From Minisyncoccota bacterium (GTDB taxonomy: Bacteria > Patescibacteriota > Patescibacteriia > Patescibacteriales > UBA12465): a stretch of 58,454 bases of DNA. The position numbers were made by a program, and so were the translations under genes. The notes under the pieces were generated by a model that saw only the letters and a list, made by a program, of their open reading frames with translations, had not been told where the DNA came from and made no database searches. Shown here in pieces: positions 55,189 through 58,454 of the stretch. The DNA lies in assembly GCA_021734405.1 (NCBI GenBank), contig JAIPJA010000003.1:1-58454 (forward strand), written 5' to 3'. Each line of letters starts with the position of its first letter. Position 1 is the stretch's first letter.

Positions 55189-58146
55189 CTAAACCTTCCT
55201 AAACTCACAAATACCATTAAAATCACAAAAACCACAAGTCCTAACATCAGGCTTAGGTATAAAATTCATAGAAACAATTTCTTTTATCTCCTCTAAAAGC
55301 TCACTTTCTAATTTTTCTAAATCTTTCTCTTTAGCCACAAAAGAAACCTTTTTTCCTTCTTTGTCTAAAAAATAATAACTTAACTTAGAAACTTTCAGTC
55401 CTAAAGTATTCTCTAAAGCTAACTGATAAATCATTAACTGTCTTTTATTCTTTTTATCTAGCTTATCTTTTACTTTACCAGTTTTGTAGTCTATAACCTC
55501 CACTGTACCATCAGCTAATTTATCTACTCTATCTATAGTTCCTTTAATTGGGTATTGCCCTAACTTATAGACAAAACTTTTTTCCAACATGATTGGGGTA
55601 GGTATTCCCTCCTCTTCTATATTCTTTAAAAAATTCTTTAAAGACTCTTGGCCTTTCTGGTAATATTCAGCTTTTTCCTGCTTATCCCTATAGCCCCCTT
55701 CTTGCCAATTTTTTTGATATAAATCCATTAGTCTCTTTTCATTAAGTACTTCTTTACTATTATTCGACTTTGCATCCTTAGCAAATAAATTAGCTTGTTT
55801 AAAATCATTATCTAATACCGGATAAAGGAATTCATATAGAGTATTGTGCATAGAACGACCAAAAGAAAGACTAGCCTTTTCTGGTACAGGTACTTTTAAT
55901 ATAAAGGCAAAACGATATTGCCAAGGACAGTTACTATATGATTCTAACTGAGAAAAAGAAAACTTCTCTGGCAGTTTATACTTCCCTATTTTTATCTCTT
56001 CTTTAACTTTTTCTTCTGCTAAATCTTTTTCTAACTCAGATAAAGCCTTACTACTAGCACTAAATTTTTGTTTTTTTGATAAACCTAATTCTTCCACAAA
56101 GGGTGAAACTTTTTTCTCAGTTTTGCCACCATAATTTTTAGCACTGGTTAAATACAATTCTTCTTTGGCTCTAGTTACAGCTACATAAAAGAGTCTTCTT
56201 TCTTCTTCTAAATGAAAATCCTTGTCAGAGTCAATTTTTTCTTTCACTAAAGGTTCAGGCATAGAAATTTTATCAGTTCTATTTATAGTAGGAAAACGTT
56301 TATCTACTAAATTGGAAACAAACACATATTTAAATTCCAAACCTTTAGCAGCGTGTATGGTCATAATTTTTACCACCTCACTATCATCATATTCTAAGCT
56401 TAATTTACCACTTTCTCCAGCTTCAATTTCTAAATTTAATAAATCCACAAAGTCTTTTACGGTTAAATTCTCATTAACATTTTCCATTTCTTTGATTTTC
56501 CTGTAAAACTGATTTAAATGAGAAAACTTATCTTTGTCTCTATCTTTGTCTAATTTATCAGCAATAGAAAAATCTTTAACATAACTTAAAAATACTTGGC
56601 TAGGTAATTTATCTTTAGCCATTTTAGAATGCTTATCTATTAAACTTAAAAGTTTTTTCACTTTTTTAACTGACTCAGCTTTAATGTTTTTAACTGCCTC
56701 AATTTTTTCTAAAGCCTCAAATAAAGACCAAGTCTTATTTCTAGCCACCTTATTTAAACTAACTATGTCATTATATGGCAGGGAAAAATAATCAAAATTT
56801 AATACTCGATATAGCGCTGAAGATTTATGGTAATTGTCTAAAAGCTTAAAATAACTAATAGCATCTAAAATTAAAGGTTTGTAGTATAGACCCTTTAAAG
56901 AAACAAACATATTAGGTATGCCTTGACGGTTTAGTTCTTTAACAAATTTATCAGCGGCATCGTTAGCTCTAACTAAAATAGCGAAGTCAAACCATAAAGA
57001 GTCAGGATTTTTTGTCTTTATTGCTTGAATCTTTTCTCTTACAAAAGACAGCTCAGAATCTTCATCTTCTAAATGCCAATGTTCTACTTGACCAGAAAAA
57101 CCAGTTTGAGATTTTAATTTTTTATCAATATTAATTTTCTCTTCTAGCCTGTTGGGGTTATTATTTGTAATTAAACTATAGGCTCTGTCTAAAATTTCTT
57201 GTCCAGAACGATAATTTGAGGTTAAAACTATTTCTTTAGCCTTAGGGTAATCATCTTTAAACTTCATAATATTAAAAATTGAAGAACCTCTAAAGCGGTA
57301 AATACTTTGGTCATCATCACCAACCACAATTAAATTAGAGTCTTTAGCAGATAACAATTTAATTAACTCATACTGAGCCCAATTCGTATCTTGAAACTCA
57401 TCAACCATCACTTGTTTAAACTTGTTTTGGTAATATTTTAAAATTTTAGGACGAGACTGCAAAAGCTTTAAGGTGTAGATAATTAAATCACCAAAATCTA
57501 AGTAAGAATTTTCTAAAAGTAATTGATTGTATAGATGATAAGCGTTGGCTAATTCTTTAACCTTAATAATTTCTTGCTCTTTTTCTACGTCTTCAAAACC
57601 AGCTAACAATTGATCACTGTTTTTCTCTAAATCTTCACTATACTTTAAATAATCTTGACTCCAAATTACTTCGTCTTTTAAGCGAGAGAAGTGTTTTATA
57701 AGTTCAGAAATAAATTTAGTAGGATTTCCTAATGGTTTGTAATAGTCTAACTTAAACTTATCTAAGTTATTATAGATTAAAATCCATTGCTGAGTTTGAT
57801 CAAGTAACTGAAAATCTCCAGGTAAGCCAATCTCTAAACCATGATCCTTTAAAATTCTTTCGCAAAAACTATGAAAAGTATTAATCCATAAATCGAAATA
57901 ACCATAAGGAAGAATTTCTAAAGCCCGCTGTTCCATTTCTTGGGCAGCTTTTTCCGTAAAGGTAGTTAAAAGAATTTCATCAGGAGAATACTTTTTCTCC
58001 ATGACTAAATACAAAAGACGGTTTATAAGCACAGTAGTTTTACCAGTTCCAGCGCCAGCTACCACTAATAAGGGACCGCTAGCATGTTTAACCGCTTGTA
58101 GTTGCTCTTTATTTAAATGGGAAAATTTATTAGTTTTATTTTCCAT
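55189..58146 (-). CDS. UvrD/PcrA-type SF1 helicase fused to a C-terminal PD-(D/E)XK nuclease with a Cas4/AddB-like Cys cluster
   Basis: Walker A GAGTGKTT, motif II VDEFQDTN, and IHAAKGLEF. Nuclease motifs IDRVD...VIDYKTGK. Cysteines in SNCPWQY and CGFCDFNGIC. Confidence 0.88.
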   Translation of the reverse strand: MENKTNKFSHLNKEQLQAVKHASGPLLVVAGAGTGKTTVLINRLLYLVMEKKYSPDEILLTTFTEKAAQEMEQRALEILPYGYFDLWINTFHSFCERILKDHGLEIGLPGDFQLLDQTQQWILIYNNLDKFKLDYYKPLGNPTKFISELIKHFSRLKDEVIWSQDYLKYSEDLEKNSDQLLAGFEDVEKEQEIIKVKELANAYHLYNQLLLENSYLDFGDLIIYTLKLLQSRPKILKYYQNKFKQVMVDEFQDTNWAQYELIKLLSAKDSNLIVVGDDDQSIYRFRGSSIFNIMKFKDDYPKAKEIVLTSNYRSGQEILDRAYSLITNNNPNRLEEKINIDKKLKSQTGFSGQVEHWHLEDEDSELSFVREKIQAIKTKNPDSLWFDFAILVRANDAADKFVKELNRQGIPNMFVSLKGLYYKPLILDAISYFKLLDNYHKSSALYRVLNFDYFSLPYNDIVSLNKVARNKTWSLFEALEKIEAVKNIKAESVKKVKKLLSLIDKHSKMAKDKLPSQVFLSYVKDFSIADKLDKDRDKDKFSHLNQFYRKIKEMENVNENLTVKDFVDLLNLEIEAGESGKLSLEYDDSEVVKIMTIHAAKGLEFKYVFVSNLVDKRFPTINRTDKISMPEPLVKEKIDSDKDFHLEEERRLFYVAVTRAKEELYLTSAKNYGGKTEKKVSPFVEELGLSKKQKFSASSKALSELEKDLAEEKVKEEIKIGKYKLPEKFSFSQLESYSNCPWQYRFAFILKVPVPEKASLSFGRSMHNTLYEFLYPVLDNDFKQANLFAKDAKSNNSKEVLNEKRLMDLYQKNWQEGGYRDKQEKAEYYQKGQESLKNFLKNIEEEGIPTPIMLEKSFVYKLGQYPIKGTIDRVDKLADGTVEVIDYKTGKVKDKLDKKNKRQLMIYQLALENTLGLKVSKLSYYFLDKEGKKVSFVAKEKDLEKLESELLEEIKEIVSMNFIPKPDVRTCGFCDFNGICEFRKV

Positions 58147-58454
58147 GAATTTGTATTAATTGAATTTTTATATAAAAATTTTAAAATAATAACTCTTTAT
58201 TTAACTATATCCTATTATTTTGTTTTATTCAAAAATTTTCATAACTTTTTACAATCTTACACTATAATATATTATATTTTTTTAAATATAAACTTAAGAA
58301 ACTTCTGATAAAATCTCCCGTGTCAAATGATCCAAAAATGTAACCATAACTTACTTCGTTAAACGATTTGAAAATGTAACTTTAGCGAGTGGTTTTAAGT
58401 TCATGGTTTTGTTAATTGTTATTTGATTTATTTGGTTTAGTTTTTTAAGTTTTT

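Noticed and set aside
1-58454. Possible alternative genetic code (UGA recoding, as in some CPR lineages)
   Set aside because: Conserved genes such as ftsZ, nrdD, secD, hisS and ruvB read full-length with standard stop codons. No in-frame TGA needs to be bridged.
58117-58454. ORF 58117-58308 and the repeated AAAATGTAAC motif (about 58335 and 58370) at the right edge
   Set aside because: The ORF is an Ile/Phe/Asn-rich read of an AT-rich promoter region upstream of the helicase gene. The 10-mer occurs only twice, which is expected by chance at this base composition.

Overview
This is a 58.5-kb AT-rich bacterial chromosome segment (about 30% GC by eye) that reads cleanly with the standard genetic code. 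Nearly all genes are on the minus strand with very short gaps. No rRNA genes or CRISPR arrays were seen. The gene content includes a class III anaerobic ribonucleotide reductase, FtsA/FtsZ/FtsEX/FtsB, SecDF, PilD, a short RelA/SpoT homologue, many huge secreted Cys-rich proteins and no biosynthetic operons. That pattern suggests a small-genome Patescibacteria/CPR-like organism, but this is inference only.

Left edge (1-2427): the end of an integrated element. It carries a large serine recombinase whose ORF is broken at an in-frame A_AAA_AAG slippery run and whose 3' end runs antisense through tRNA-Gln. A roughly 330-nt GC-enriched, helix-rich non-coding segment lies just upstream.

Middle: housekeeping genes.
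- ftsEX sits directly downstream of a DD-carboxypeptidase/RlpA fusion.
- Also present are MscS, FtsB, a P-type ATPase and a HigBA-like toxin-antitoxin pair.
- A tight nrdR-nrdD-(50-aa glycyl-radical ORF)-nrdG array continues into a membrane peptide, a TraD/VirD4-like ATPase, a DnaQ-like exonuclease and a processive GT2.
- Further along are a hybrid histidine kinase with a CheY-like regulator, ftsA-ftsZ, pilD-GT2-Wzy_C/TPR, secDF and clpP.

Main finding (32.46-47.87 kb): a seven-gene minus-strand block encoding only exported or membrane-anchored proteins.
- Two giants (881 and 1834 aa) share a paralogous N-terminal module of a signal peptide plus two TM helices. It looks like a VirB2/TrbC-type (T4SS) pilin and is fused to huge IPT/Ig/FN3 and hyper-cysteine-rich ectodomains.
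- A 1192-aa protein has a vWA-MIDAS domain.
- A 235-aa protein combines an FN3-like domain with Cys-rich repeats.
- Three tandem TM-anchored proteins carry thrombospondin-type-3-like Ca-binding repeats.
- I interpret the block as a candidate uncharacterised cell-surface fibre or adhesion apparatus.

Right side: rsh, rpsU, hisS, lepB, queA, ruvB, an LRR lipoprotein and a UvrD-type helicase fused to a Cas4/AddB-like Fe-S nuclease.
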